Source: Candidatus Saccharibacteria bacterium oral taxon 488 (GTDB lineage: Bacteria > Patescibacteriota > Saccharimonadia > Saccharimonadales > Saccharimonadaceae). Taken from it: a DNA stretch of 32,000 nt. This document shows, in pieces, positions 9,641 to 21,227 of this stretch (the stretch's first letter is position 1; every line of letters starts with the position of its first letter). The stretch covers positions 600,001-632,000 of the forward strand of contig CP047921.1 of NCBI GenBank assembly GCA_010202845.1. Direction: 5' to 3'. The translations under genes and the position numbers were made by a program. The notes below the pieces were generated by a model. The model was not told the origin of the DNA, ran no database searches, and saw only the letters and a program-made list of their open reading frames with translations.

Positions 9641-10334
9641 GATATTCTTCTAGGAAATCGCCCCACTCCGGTGCATTCTTTTCTCGAAAATAGGCACGAA
9701 GAAAAGTAACCATAGTTTGCTGACGAATTAACGCTTCGTCTCGGCCCGGGTCGGTCATCATAATCTTTGGTAGCTTCAATAACTTTTCAAAGAAATAATT
9801 AATGAAGCTATCGCCATCATGTGTACCGCCGTTGGCGTTATATCGATGCGCATCAATGTTCACATCAGGCCAAACAGTTGGATCAAATATCCGACAACTA
9901 CCGTGATTCACCGCATAGACAAGCGCCCGCTCAATACCACATGCCCCGATCGCATCACACATATCGGCATCAGACACTATCTGACCGGCCAAACGTTCTG
10001 GCCGCACACCATGTAGATAACGACTATAGCCAATCCGAGCAATATTATGACGCACCGCATCCTGCAAATCAGCCGCAATATTAGCCTTCACCATAATTGA
10101 CGTGGCATTGTTGAGTTCATCCGCTTGCTCTTTGCCAACTAATTTATAGTCATCAACATCGTGTAGCCATGCCGTCAGCAGTACTTCGTCCATCGAAGCC
10201 GCTTCTTTATACTCATTCGCGAATCGCTCTGCTAGCCGTGCTACACGCTCAACGTGATCGTCGCTATGGCCTGACGTATCGCCGCCAAGCAGTCGGCAAA
10301 CTTCCCGTCTTACTATCGTCATTGATTTGTTCAT
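9621..10334 (-). CDS. HD-domain phosphohydrolase
   Basis: H...HD metal-binding pattern: GHSDDHVERV followed by AWLHDVDD and a downstream DADMCD. Confidence 0.8.
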   Translation of the reverse strand: MNKSMTIVRREVCRLLGGDTSGHSDDHVERVARLAERFANEYKEAASMDEVLLTAWLHDVDDYKLVGKEQADELNNATSIMVKANIAADLQDAVRHNIARIGYSRYLHGVRPERLAGQIVSDADMCDAIGACGIERALVYAVNHGSCRIFDPTVWPDVNIDAHRYNANGGTHDGDSFINYFFEKLLKLPKIMMTDPGRDEALIRQQTMVTFLRAYFREKNAPEWGDFLEEYLTSMDE

Positions 10335-10382
10335 AGACTTTATTATACACCCCCATGCAAGTTATGGGCGTAAATCTATTTA

Positions 10383-10811
10383 TTAGCTACGAAATCCCAA
10401 GATGCATAATGCATCATACACGCTCGGAACAACGTAAACTAGTTCGCGCAGCATGATATCAACCGGTGCTATTCGTGAAAAGATTGGTTTCTTTAATGCG
10501 AGAGCATAACCGATCTCCATCGCAGCACTTATGCCAACATAGCCTTTGGGGGCATGCAGTAAAATAAAATCAGACTGCTCGATAGCCCGTAAATGCCAGT
10601 TTTCTATCTCTCGAGGCGACAGGCCAACTTCTGCAGCGTCAACAACAAATTCACCGTCCATAAAGTCCACTCGTCGCGGTGACAATACCTGACAGCCAGT
10701 TACGGCTAGCTCGTCGTAAGCGCGCCGCAGCCCGCCAATATCGCGCCTGTACGACCCGCACAATACCGCACGTGCTGCCCGCGGCCTAGAACTCCGCACT
10801 ACCATATTCAT
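10383..10811 (-). CDS. nucleoside 2-deoxyribosyltransferase-like (Rossmann-like) protein
   Basis: 142 aa with ...SDFILLHAPKGYVGISAAMEIGYALALKKPIF. This matches the D-x-G-t/s-x-x-E-x-G-x-A-x-x-x-x-KP hallmark of the NDT/YtoQ-like fold. Its start overlaps the Nudix gene's 3' end by 26 nt. Confidence 0.5.
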   Translation of the reverse strand: MNMVVRSSRPRAARAVLCGSYRRDIGGLRRAYDELAVTGCQVLSPRRVDFMDGEFVVDAAEVGLSPREIENWHLRAIEQSDFILLHAPKGYVGISAAMEIGYALALKKPIFSRIAPVDIMLRELVYVVPSVYDALCILGFRS

Positions 10812-11496
10812 ATATTATTTCAGTCAACTCGCCGCACCCGTTGATACACGCCGTGATTTCTCGCAAAAAACTCTTGTACTTTTTTGGCTCATCACGCATC
10901 TCATCGAGTGTACGCCAGGCATTTCTGCCGCCCTCAAACCGTACGGCCAATTTACCCGAAAACACCTTGCAAAACATCAGATGAAAGATCTTGTCCTCGA
11001 TAATTTCACCTGTTTGTGCATGGCGCACACGTTCATGGTACACCCCGCGATGAACAAACTCACCCCGTAACCCCGTCTCCTCCGTCAATTCACGCGAGGC
11101 CGCATCGACGATCGACTCGGCCCACCGCACTTTGCCAGTAGGCGCACCCCAAAACCCATAGTAGGGGTGCTTGAGCCGCTGCTGCAATAAGTACTGTTTT
11201 TCTCCTTCATGCTCGCGCTCGATCACGAGCATAACTGCCACCTTTGGCTGCCGCTCAATAACACCGGCATCAGTATCAAGCTTATTCGCATACTCCTTAC
11301 CCTTGACCGAGAGGCAGTAACCGCCGTCGACTTTCTGCACATAACCTAGCTCAACGAGCCGTTTGATGTGAAATTTGATATGATCGCTTTCCAGACCGCT
11401 CGCTTTTTGTAGTGTTGCGAAATTAGCCGCTGGCAAAAATAACAATTCCCGCAAAATTTTCGTTTGTGCCTCATGGATCTTTGCTTCAAAACTCAT
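10786..11496 (-). CDS. wHTH-Nudix hydrolase fusion protein
   Basis: A complete Nudix box, GKVRWAESIVDAASRELTEETGL (G-x5-E-x7-REUxEExGU), preceded by an N-terminal ArsR-like HTH (LQKASGLESDHIKFHIKRLVELGYVQK). AAGGAGA Shine-Dalgarno lies 3 nt upstream of the ATG. Confidence 0.85.
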   Translation of the reverse strand: MSFEAKIHEAQTKILRELLFLPAANFATLQKASGLESDHIKFHIKRLVELGYVQKVDGGYCLSVKGKEYANKLDTDAGVIERQPKVAVMLVIEREHEGEKQYLLQQRLKHPYYGFWGAPTGKVRWAESIVDAASRELTEETGLRGEFVHRGVYHERVRHAQTGEIIEDKIFHLMFCKVFSGKLAVRFEGGRNAWRTLDEMRDEPKKYKSFLREITACINGCGELTEIIYEYGSAEF

Positions 11497-11536
11497 ATCG
11501 TCTCCTTTTGGCTCTAGTGTAGCGCGATCAGACGAG

Positions 11537-11563
11537 AAAAACTAGGGAAGTCGACTTCCCTAG
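11537..11563 (-). terminator. intrinsic terminator downstream of def
   Basis: Perfect 22-nt palindrome CTAGGGAAGTCGACTTCCCTAG (11542-11563), giving a 9-bp stem with a TCGA loop. On the minus strand it is followed immediately by TTTTTCTCG. Confidence 0.65.
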
Positions 11564-11629
11564 TGTAGAGGCGTAGAGGCGTCACACTCCTCTCATAGAA
11601 TCAGAGATTAGATAATCTCAACAGCTACA

Positions 11630-12232
11630 TCATTCCTGAGTACCGTCAGCCGACGCGCTGCGGATCGCCAATTCGGCCAGGTCGGCCTCCTCTGTCCGCG
11701 GCCCACTTTTTTCTATCCTGTCTGTAAAAAAGATACCGTTCAGATGATCTACCTCGTGCTGGATAACCCAGACAAGCATACCATCAACATCAACATCAAA
11801 GGTCTGTTCATGCGTCTTACCCTGCTCGTCTGTCCATTGCAGCGTAATCTCAGGGTAACGCGTCGTAAAGCCCATTGGTGTCGTTTCGGAATCACCCGTC
11901 ACTCCACTCAGGCAGCCCTCTGGATTCGAGCTCTTCATAGGTTCACCGCTATATTTAACGATCTTGGGGTTAATTGCCACGAGCCGAAATGGCTTGGCTT
12001 TGGCATCCTCAGGCGGCCGCACATCAATGACAAAGATTGCGAGATTGCTCCCAATTTGATTAGCGGCGATGCCTACGCCCTCGGGACCCTGTGAATGCAG
12101 CGTATCGAGCATATCTGTTATGGTCTGCTGTACATAATCGCTCCCTATGTCCTCACGTTTGACCGGTACGGCTTCTTGCGTTAATATTTCACGGCCATCT
12201 TCAGTAAAGATTTTTTTAATTTCGCGTTCCAT
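11630..12232 (-). CDS. def: peptide deformylase
   Basis: All three PDF motifs are present: GIAANQIG, EGCLS and QHEVDHLNG. Confidence 0.95.
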   Translation of the reverse strand: MEREIKKIFTEDGREILTQEAVPVKREDIGSDYVQQTITDMLDTLHSQGPEGVGIAANQIGSNLAIFVIDVRPPEDAKAKPFRLVAINPKIVKYSGEPMKSSNPEGCLSGVTGDSETTPMGFTTRYPEITLQWTDEQGKTHEQTFDVDVDGMLVWVIQHEVDHLNGIFFTDRIEKSGPRTEEADLAELAIRSASADGTQE

Positions 12233-12238
12233 GTTTTT

Positions 12239-12247
12239 ATTATACCA
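12239..12247 (-). promoter_or_regulatory. extended -10 (TGgTATAAT) 6 nt upstream of the def ATG
   Basis: The minus strand reads TGGTATAAT-AAAAAC-ATG. No Shine-Dalgarno is present. Confidence 0.5.
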
Positions 12248-12302
12248 TATTTATGGGTAGTAAACAGTAACTCTGTCGCAATATTGACGATTCTTCCATC
12301 AG

Positions 12303-12330
12303 TTGACAGCCAACCCGCCCCTGTTATACA
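12303..12330 (+). promoter_or_regulatory. candidate promoter for the ABC exporter (TTGACA-16 nt-TGtTATACA)
   Basis: TTGACA at 12303-12308 and TATACA at 12325-12330, preceded by TGt. It would produce a leader of about 100 nt ending in AAGGAG. Confidence 0.4.
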
Positions 12331-12434
12331 ATGAAATTTGTATTATTATCGTGAGTCTTGGTCGCCCGAGTCCACCATAGCGAGTCGTGGATGACCTATC
12401 TTTATGTCAAAATATAAATCTAAGGAGTTTTACC

Positions 12435-14195
12435 TTGCAACAACACGCAAAAACAACATTACAATTACTATGGCGAGCGTCGCGTCCATACAAATGGCGG
12501 CGCAACCTTGCTCTCATCACAGCGACACTAACCTTAGCGGTAGGCACAATTGTCGGGCCGCTGATTATCGCACAGCTCCTGGACATGATTCAACATGGTC
12601 AGCTACAGACCGGCTCTGTGTGGACGCTTGTGATTCTCTATGGCCTCAGTCAACTATGGTCAGAGATTATTGGGTGGCGGATAGTACTATATTTGATGTG
12701 GACGCTAGAAACCATTATGCAGCGCGACATCGCAAACAAGGTATTCGCCAAGCTAGCTGGCGAGACCATGTTTTTCCACTCCAACAAATTTGGCGGCTCG
12801 CTCGTCAGTCAAAACAGCAAGCTCAGTGGCTGTGTTGAACGATTTTGGGATGAACTAGTATGGGCAGTACTGCCGCTGGTCATCTCACTCACCGGATCAA
12901 TTGTTATCCTGTCAATGTTACTCTGGCAGTACGCGCTCTTTCTATTCATGTTCTCGATCATCTTTGGCGTAGCCGTCTTCTTTGGATCGCGTCCGATGGC
13001 CAAATTAAGTAGGCGTGAGGCGGAGGCCAGCAACAAAGTAAGCGGCAACCTCGCTGACATGGTGTCAAATGTGCTTGCTGTTAAGTCATCCAGCGCTGAA
13101 AAAATCGAGCAGCAGCGATTTGATAAAACGAATCGTGCATGGCGCAGGGCTAGCCTGGCCACCATGCGAGGATTTCTCACTGTCAGCAGTGTTTACTCAA
13201 CGATAAACACCAGCATCCGAATCGGTGCCATCGTGTTCGCTATTTATGCAGCACAGCATAATATCGTTTCGGTCGCAGCGGTGTACTTAATCATTACCTA
13301 CACTGGCAGTGTCGCCCGTGAGCTGTGGAATATGAATAGCATCATGCGCAATTATAACCGTATTATTGGTGACGCCCATGAGATGGTCGAGATATTACAC
13401 ACACCAACATCACTTGTTGATAGAAGTGATAAAAAGCTTCACGTCGATCACGGTGTCATTGATTTTGATGCCGTGACCTTTACACATGACGAGGGTAAAG
13501 GCGCAACCTTGTTCCACAATTTTTCACTACATATTACGCCAGGCGAAAAGGTCGGGTTGGTTGGTTCTAGTGGTTCGGGCAAGACGACTCTGACGAAATT
13601 GCTGCTGAGATTTGCCGACATCGACTCGGGCACAATCATGATTGACGAGCAGGACATTGCCGAGGTCACACAGGCCAGCCTCCGTTCGCAGATCGCTTAC
13701 GTGCCGCAGGAGCCGCTGCTGTTTCACCGTTCGGTGCGTGAGAACATTGCCTATGGCAGGGCCGACGCTACTGATGCCGAGATTGAACAAGCAGCCAAAA
13801 AGGCGGGGGCCTATGATTTTATTACTCAGCTGCAGGACGGCTTTGACACACTGGTCGGTGAGCGCGGCGTAAAGTTGTCGGGTGGACAGCGCCAGCGCAT
13901 CGCTATCGCTCGGGCCATCGTGAAAGATGCGCCAATCTTAGTCCTCGACGAGGCGACCTCGGCGCTTGATTCTGAGTCAGAAGTTCTAATCCAAAAATCA
14001 CTCAAGACACTGATGAAAAACCGTACCTCAATCGTCATTGCTCATCGACTTTCAACAATCGCCAAGCTTGATCGAATCATCGTGATGCATAATGGCAAGA
14101 TAGTCGAGGATGGCTCGCATGATCAGCTCATTAAGCATGGCGGCCACTACGCAAAACTGTGGCAGCATCAATCTGGCGGCTTTATTGACGCCTAG
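12435..14195 (+). CDS. ABC transporter permease/ATP-binding fusion protein (MsbA-like exporter)
   Basis: A six-helix TMD followed by an NBD with Walker A GSSGSGKTT, signature LSGGQRQR and Walker B ILVLDEATSALD. The TTG at 12435 has AAGGAG 8 nt upstream. The track start is a GTG at 12387, 16 codons longer, and remains an alternative. Confidence 0.92.
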   Translation: MQQHAKTTLQLLWRASRPYKWRRNLALITATLTLAVGTIVGPLIIAQLLDMIQHGQLQTGSVWTLVILYGLSQLWSEIIGWRIVLYLMWTLETIMQRDIANKVFAKLAGETMFFHSNKFGGSLVSQNSKLSGCVERFWDELVWAVLPLVISLTGSIVILSMLLWQYALFLFMFSIIFGVAVFFGSRPMAKLSRREAEASNKVSGNLADMVSNVLAVKSSSAEKIEQQRFDKTNRAWRRASLATMRGFLTVSSVYSTINTSIRIGAIVFAIYAAQHNIVSVAAVYLIITYTGSVARELWNMNSIMRNYNRIIGDAHEMVEILHTPTSLVDRSDKKLHVDHGVIDFDAVTFTHDEGKGATLFHNFSLHITPGEKVGLVGSSGSGKTTLTKLLLRFADIDSGTIMIDEQDIAEVTQASLRSQIAYVPQEPLLFHRSVRENIAYGRADATDAEIEQAAKKAGAYDFITQLQDGFDTLVGERGVKLSGGQRQRIAIARAIVKDAPILVLDEATSALDSESEVLIQKSLKTLMKNRTSIVIAHRLSTIAKLDRIIVMHNGKIVEDGSHDQLIKHGGHYAKLWQHQSGGFIDA

Positions 14196-14224
14196 TCGGT
14201 ACAGTCTCTAGATAATATGCTATA

Positions 14225-14893
14225 ATGCATAATGATATGATGCAGGCGTTCATTGATTTCATTGTTCACTTTGGCGTTGTCGCGATTTTGCTGGTTGTCT
14301 TTGCTGAATCGGGCCTACTCTTTGGTTTCATTTTTCCGGGCGACAGTCTGCTGTTCACGGCTGGCTATATGGTGCAGCAGCATATTTTACCAATTGACGT
14401 CCACTTCTTTGCACTCCTGCTCTCATTAATGGCTATTCTCGGCGACAGTGTCGGTTACGCATTTGGACATAAAGTTGGCCGTAAATTATTTGAACGCAAA
14501 AACTCTCGCTTCTTTAAGAAAAAATATCTCGTACAGGCTGAGAAATTTTACGAAAAACACGGGTCACTTACCGTAGTATTGGCGCGGTTTGTACCGATTG
14601 TGCGTACGTTTGCGCCAATCGTGGCCGGCGCTAGCAAGATGCACTATCGAACTTTTATTATTTTTAATATTATCGGTGGTGTTATTTGGGCCACGCTTTT
14701 CACCTACCTTGGATTCTTTGCTGGCAAGGCGCTCACCGACGCTGGTGTTAATATAGAAGTCGCCGCACTGATTATCATCTTCTTGTCAGTGCTGCCAATG
14801 ATCATTCACGCCCTCAAGCAGGAGCATACTCGCGCGGCGTTGCGCCAACAAGTATCAGTCCTGCTCGGCAAGACTCGCCGCAAAAAGCAATGA
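14225..14893 (+). CDS. DedA/VTT-family membrane protein
   Basis: FPGDSLLFTAGY and ARFVPIVRTFAPIVAG, typical of DedA. The first ATG lies inside a TGcTATAAT box (14218-14226), so the in-frame ATG at 14237 (MMQAFIDF...) may be the real start. Confidence 0.88.
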   Translation: MHNDMMQAFIDFIVHFGVVAILLVVFAESGLLFGFIFPGDSLLFTAGYMVQQHILPIDVHFFALLLSLMAILGDSVGYAFGHKVGRKLFERKNSRFFKKKYLVQAEKFYEKHGSLTVVLARFVPIVRTFAPIVAGASKMHYRTFIIFNIIGGVIWATLFTYLGFFAGKALTDAGVNIEVAALIIIFLSVLPMIIHALKQEHTRAALRQQVSVLLGKTRRKKQ

Positions 14894-14935
14894 GCCTTCA
14901 TGATGTAAGCTGCTTATTAGTAGCTATATAGCCAA

Positions 14936-17770
14936 CTACAGCAAACTTTTCAGATACGTACCGGTAAATGATTCTGGCACTTTGGCGACTTCTTCTGGCG
15001 TACCGCTCGCTACTACCGTACCGCCGCCGAGACCGCCCTCAGGCCCCATATCGACAATCCAGTCGGCTGATTTGATGACATCCAGATTGTGCTCAATAAT
15101 AATCATACTGTTACCACCATCAACCAGCTGCTGCAAAATCCCCAGCAGCCGCTTGACGTCGGCAGAATGTAGCCCAGTTGTCGGCTCATCCAGAATATAC
15201 ATCGTCTTGCCCGTCGAGCGCTTGGAGAGTTCTGTCGCTAGTTTAATACGCTGTGCCTCGCCGCCTGAAAAGGTGGTCGCTGGCTGGCCGAGCTTGATAT
15301 AACCAAGACCGACTTCCACCAGCGTCTGTAGTTTCCGAGCGATATTTGGCACGCTATCGAAAAATCCTGCCGCCTGCTCGACCGTCATATCGAGTACATC
15401 AGCAATGGTCTTATTTTTATACTTAATCTCTAGCGCCTCACGGTTATAGCGCTGGCCATGACACTCGTCGCACTGGACGTAGACATCCGGCAAGAAATGC
15501 ATTTCGATCTTGATCATACCGTCGCCTTGGCAATTTTCGCAGCGACCACCCTTAACGTTAAAACTGAACCGCCCCGCTTTATAGCCGCGGACATTAGCCT
15601 CAGGGGTACTGGCAAACAGTTCGCGAATTGGCGTAAAAATACCAGTGTAGGTCGCTGGGTTAGAGCGCGGCGTGCGGCCAATTGGCGACTGGTCGATGAC
15701 GATGGCTTTATCCAGCTGCTTGATACCCTCAATTTTATCGTGTGCCCCCGGCACATCGCTGGCTCGATTAAGCCGTGCCGCTAATTCTTTGGCGACGATA
15801 TCATTGACTAGCGTCGACTTACCGCTACCTGAAACACCCGACACTACTGTCATCAGACCCAACGGAAATGCCACATCAATTTGTTTCAAATTATTCTCGC
15901 GAGCGCCGCGAACGATCAGCTGACGGCTCGCATCGGCCTGGCGGCGATGTTTTGGTACGGCAATTTTTTCTGCACCCGACAGATACCGGCCAGTCACGCT
16001 ATCTGCACATTTGGCTACCTGTTCAGGAGAACCCAGCGCCACCACCGCGCCGCCATGCACACCAGCGCCTGGGCCCATATCGATCAAAAAGTCACTCTGC
16101 CGAATGGTATCCTCGTCGTGTTCGACTACCAGCACCGTATTGCCGAGATTACGTAGGTGCTTCAGCGTAGCAATCAGCCGATCATTATCGCGCTGATGCA
16201 AGCCAATCGACGGCTCATCCAGCACATACAGCACACCCTGCAAACCGCTGCCAATCTGTGTCGCCAGCCGAATTCGCTGCGCCTCGCCACCGCTCAGTGT
16301 ATTGGCGGCGCGCCCTAACTCCAAATAATTCAGCCCGACATTACTCATAAACCCGAGCCGGGCGGTAATCTCCTTCAGAATCAGCCGCGCAATCATCGCT
16401 TGCTGCTCATTCAGTGTTAACTTGTGAGTGAACAAATCGAGCGCATCATCAACACTAAGGTCGCAAATATCCATGATATTCAGACCCTGCACGGTTACCG
16501 CTAGGACAACTGGTTTCAGCCGCGCGCCGCCGCAAACATAACAGTCCCGCTGGCGCATAAACCGCTCAATGTCCTTGCGCATAAATTCGCTATCGGTTTC
16601 TTTCCAGCGCCGCTCCAAATTGGGAATCACTCCTTCATAGGTTGTATCGTAATGCCGCCCATTGCCAAGCTGTACTGGATATTTCTGATCGCCTGTACCG
16701 TAGAGTACCTTCTGGCGCGCCTCATCAGACAACTGCCCGACCGGCGTCCGGATACTGAAACCATGCGCCTCGGCTACCGCCGAAATCTTGCGCATGTAAA
16801 AGTTATCGACATTGATCCGGTTGTATGGCCGAATCGCCCCCTCGGCAATCGTCAGATTCTCATTCAGCACTAAACTAGGATCGACTTCCAATCGGCTGCC
16901 AAGTCCGGTACAGCTCGGACAGGCCCCTTGCGGTGCATTAAAACTAAACAGACGCGGCTCAAGCTCTGGGATCTCCTCATCCGGATGATCAACACAGGCA
17001 TATCGCTGTGAGAACGTCTTCAGTTCATCCGTATCAGCATCCAGCACCTCAACCACACCCTGACCAAGCTCTAGCGCCTGCTCGACGCTCTGGCTCAACC
17101 GGCTAGTCAGGTCATTGTTCATTGCCAGGCGATCAACCACTAACTCAATACTGTGCTTATAGCTTTTCTGTAACTGCGGAAACTCATCCAGTGCATACAC
17201 CACCCCGTCAACTCGCACCCGAGCATAGCCTAGCCGCCGATACTGCTCTGGAATGTGCGCAAACTCGCCCTTCTTATTTTTGACAATTGGCGCGAGTAGC
17301 AGCAACCGCTTGCCATCATATTGCTTAGCAATCTCCTGGATGATCGCCTCGGCTGTGCGGCGCGACACTGGCTTATGGCAGCGCGTACCGTCTGGTTTGA
17401 GAGCCGGACAATGCGGCGCGCCAATCCGCGCAAACAAGAGACGTAAGTAATCGTAAATCTCGGTCACCGTCGCCACGGTTGAACGCGGATTACGGCTGGT
17501 TGATTTTTGATCAATTGAGATTGCCGGACTCAGACCCTCGATGCTATCAACATCCGGCTTATCCATAATACCTAAAAATTGCCGCGCATAACTCGACAAA
17601 CTCTCGACGTAGCGGCGCTGCCCCTCGGCGTAAATCGTATCAAACGCTAGCGATGACTTACCGCTACCACTCAGGCCAGTGATCACCACTAATTTATCGC
17701 GTGGGATCTCCACGTCGATATTTTTCAGATTGTGTTCACGAGCGCCCTTGACGCGAATTACCTCTGGCAT
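14936..17770 (-). CDS. uvrA: excinuclease ABC subunit A
   Basis: 944 aa with two ABC modules: GLSGSGKSS and GVSGSGKST Walker A motifs, two LSGGE signature motifs (LSGGEAQR and FSGGEAQR), and Zn-finger cysteine pairs. Confidence 0.98.
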   Translation of the reverse strand: MPEVIRVKGAREHNLKNIDVEIPRDKLVVITGLSGSGKSSLAFDTIYAEGQRRYVESLSSYARQFLGIMDKPDVDSIEGLSPAISIDQKSTSRNPRSTVATVTEIYDYLRLLFARIGAPHCPALKPDGTRCHKPVSRRTAEAIIQEIAKQYDGKRLLLLAPIVKNKKGEFAHIPEQYRRLGYARVRVDGVVYALDEFPQLQKSYKHSIELVVDRLAMNNDLTSRLSQSVEQALELGQGVVEVLDADTDELKTFSQRYACVDHPDEEIPELEPRLFSFNAPQGACPSCTGLGSRLEVDPSLVLNENLTIAEGAIRPYNRINVDNFYMRKISAVAEAHGFSIRTPVGQLSDEARQKVLYGTGDQKYPVQLGNGRHYDTTYEGVIPNLERRWKETDSEFMRKDIERFMRQRDCYVCGGARLKPVVLAVTVQGLNIMDICDLSVDDALDLFTHKLTLNEQQAMIARLILKEITARLGFMSNVGLNYLELGRAANTLSGGEAQRIRLATQIGSGLQGVLYVLDEPSIGLHQRDNDRLIATLKHLRNLGNTVLVVEHDEDTIRQSDFLIDMGPGAGVHGGAVVALGSPEQVAKCADSVTGRYLSGAEKIAVPKHRRQADASRQLIVRGARENNLKQIDVAFPLGLMTVVSGVSGSGKSTLVNDIVAKELAARLNRASDVPGAHDKIEGIKQLDKAIVIDQSPIGRTPRSNPATYTGIFTPIRELFASTPEANVRGYKAGRFSFNVKGGRCENCQGDGMIKIEMHFLPDVYVQCDECHGQRYNREALEIKYKNKTIADVLDMTVEQAAGFFDSVPNIARKLQTLVEVGLGYIKLGQPATTFSGGEAQRIKLATELSKRSTGKTMYILDEPTTGLHSADVKRLLGILQQLVDGGNSMIIIEHNLDVIKSADWIVDMGPEGGLGGGTVVASGTPEEVAKVPESFTGTYLKSLL

Positions 17771-17881
17771 ATCTGGTCTATTATACCGAATAGGCGTTTA
17801 TTTTTCCAGTTGCAGCGGGCGAGATAATTTCCCCTGATACCACACTATAAATATATTTATAAAAATATATTATGCTTATGA

Positions 17882-17910
17882 TTGCAAATATAATAATCGG
17901 CTGTTATAGT
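17882..17910 (+). promoter_or_regulatory. promoter TTGCAA-17 nt-TGtTATAGT placed 7 nt upstream of the ATG at 17918, leaderless-type
   Basis: -35 at 17882-17887, a 17-nt spacer, -10 at 17905-17910 with TG at 17902-17903, then AAAATAC-ATG. No Shine-Dalgarno is present. Confidence 0.5.
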
Positions 17911-17917
17911 AAAATAC

Positions 17918-18337
17918 ATGAAGAGGTTTGTGATCATCTGTGGAATTGCCGTTACCGTCGCAACCTTGTTTTACCTGACCCGCGAAGAGTGGTTTTCATT
18001 CGTGGTTATCGGCAGACTTCCGTTCACCGGTATCATTCTGCCAGCGGCTGTGATGATGGGTTTTTGGATGATCATTGTACCGGCGTGCATTATTTGGGCC
18101 AAGTCGATCAGCGTCACGTTCTGGAACAGCATCGAGATACTGGGGCGATTTGATCAGCGTCGTATCAATCGACAGTTCCGCCTCGCAGCGCGGACTCATC
18201 ACACTGCGGCACAACAGGTCAGTCTAGCAATGGTCGCCACGTGGCTAGCAGTAACACAGCGCTACTTAACACAGACTGATACCACTACGAAAGCGGACGA
18301 CCAATCAACCACACGATTAGCTGTGGCGACGAATTAG
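17918..18337 (+). CDS. hypothetical membrane protein
   Basis: 139 aa. Hydrophobic N-terminal half (FVIICGIAVTVATLFYL, ILPAAVMMGFWMIIVPACIIW). It is supported mainly by the well-placed promoter. Confidence 0.45.
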   Translation: MKRFVIICGIAVTVATLFYLTREEWFSFVVIGRLPFTGIILPAAVMMGFWMIIVPACIIWAKSISVTFWNSIEILGRFDQRRINRQFRLAARTHHTAAQQVSLAMVATWLAVTQRYLTQTDTTTKADDQSTTRLAVATN

Positions 18338-18389
18338 TACGCTCCACCTAACTTACTCAAGTTTAGTTTAGTTTAGTTCTGTTTTCATC

Positions 18390-19805
18390 CTAGTCCTCAG
18401 TCGGCACTATTGCCTCAGCCCACAATTGCAGTTCTTGCAAAATAAACTGCTGCTCGTCAGTCGCTGTCGGCGCTAACCGCTGCAGAGACGCCATAAACCC
18501 TGGCAGTTGCGCCTGCAAGTGCTGAGCTCGCCAGACTTCCCATTGCGCCAAATCATCTTCACTGAGTGAGCGCGGAAAATTACGTGCTTTGTAGTGTAGC
18601 AATAGCGGCGCTAACCGTTCGTCCTGAAACTCTGGATGAAAATCAGCCAGCTCGCGCTCATTAGCATTGCGAACCGCCTCGACACGGATACGATCACGGT
18701 CGTTCAAAAAGCCGTCATATAATTGCGCTTCTGGATCGGGCAGTTTCTTGAAGGCTGGCTTGTTTTCAACAATACTACGCAATTTTTCAGCAAAATCCGG
18801 GTGGCTCAACAACATATTTTGGTGTTTCTGCACCGTCTCCAGATCAAGCGAAATCTTCTGCCAACCATCGCCCTGTTCCAGTACACCCAGCGGAGCTACC
18901 ACCGGACAACGATTGTACTGCAGTTCCTTGACAGGCAATTTGACGAAATCCTCAGCCTGGCGCTCCTCCCACGAAGCAAATATTTTCTTCGCCAACTCCT
19001 CTTGGCTCAGCCCAACAAACGGCGTCGGATCATACCGTAGATCATAGACAAATATGCCGCCGTTTCGACTGGTTGTCAGCGGAAATGCCACCGTGGTTTT
19101 GGCAAATTCTTTATCGTAGCGCCCGCTGGCGTAAACAAACGGTTTTTTATCGTCGACATTGACCAGCTGCTGGACTACTTTTTTATCGCGCATTTTTAGC
19201 AAGTAATCATACAGCTGTGGCTGTTTTTGCTTGATCAATTTCGTCACGGCGATCAATGCCGTCACGTCCGCCAAAGCGTCATGAGCATTTTCGTGGGCTA
19301 TGCCATTGGCGCTAGTGATTAATTCCAAACGATTGCTCGGCTCGCCCTTGTCATCAAGCGGCCAATTGATTCCTTCCGGCCTGAGCGCCCGCGTCAATCG
19401 CACCACGTCTAGCAAATCCCAACGCGAGCGGCCGTCTTTCCAGCTCCATTCGTACGGATCATGAAAATTACGCCACAACAAATGGCGAATAAACTCGTCA
19501 TCAAACCGAATATTATTAAATCCAACTGCGATGGTATCCGGCGTAAAAATCTCCTCACTCAGCATCCGTGCAAACTGTGCCTCAGTGTAGCCTTCCTCGA
19601 CCGTTTTTTGCGGCGTGATGCCAGTTACCATCAGTGCATCAGGACTTGGCAAGGTATCATCATTCAGCGTCACCAGCAGATTATAAGGCTCACCAATCGG
19701 CTCGAGATTCATGTCTGTCCGCTGCCCAGCAAACTGCATAATGCGGTCTTGCCGCGGATTTAGTCCGCTAGTTTCTAGGTCATAGAAGAAAAATGTTTGC
19801 GCCAT
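18390..19805 (-). CDS. sbcB: exodeoxyribonuclease I
   Basis: DEDDh exonuclease motif FFFYDLETSGLNPRQDRIMQFA, NNIRFDDEF and HDALADV, plus a long ExoI-type C-terminal domain. Length 471 aa. Confidence 0.88.
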   Translation of the reverse strand: MAQTFFFYDLETSGLNPRQDRIMQFAGQRTDMNLEPIGEPYNLLVTLNDDTLPSPDALMVTGITPQKTVEEGYTEAQFARMLSEEIFTPDTIAVGFNNIRFDDEFIRHLLWRNFHDPYEWSWKDGRSRWDLLDVVRLTRALRPEGINWPLDDKGEPSNRLELITSANGIAHENAHDALADVTALIAVTKLIKQKQPQLYDYLLKMRDKKVVQQLVNVDDKKPFVYASGRYDKEFAKTTVAFPLTTSRNGGIFVYDLRYDPTPFVGLSQEELAKKIFASWEERQAEDFVKLPVKELQYNRCPVVAPLGVLEQGDGWQKISLDLETVQKHQNMLLSHPDFAEKLRSIVENKPAFKKLPDPEAQLYDGFLNDRDRIRVEAVRNANERELADFHPEFQDERLAPLLLHYKARNFPRSLSEDDLAQWEVWRAQHLQAQLPGFMASLQRLAPTATDEQQFILQELQLWAEAIVPTED

Positions 19806-19811
19806 AGCTAT

Positions 19812-19820
19812 AGTATAGCA
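19812..19820 (-). promoter_or_regulatory. extended -10 (TGcTATACT) 6 nt upstream of the sbcB ATG
   Basis: The minus strand reads TGCTATACT-ATAGCT-ATG. No Shine-Dalgarno is present. Confidence 0.45.
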
Positions 19821-19843
19821 AAGCTACGAGATGACACCCAAAT

Positions 19844-21217
<1,374 letters not shown>

Positions 21218-21227
21218 TTAGAACATC

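Noticed and set aside
18361-18378. Short tandem repeat (GTTTA)x3 plus GTT between ORF 17918 and sbcB
   Set aside because: It has only 3.6 copies of a pentamer in an AT-rich convergent intergenic region. This is too short to call a functional repeat or a contingency locus.
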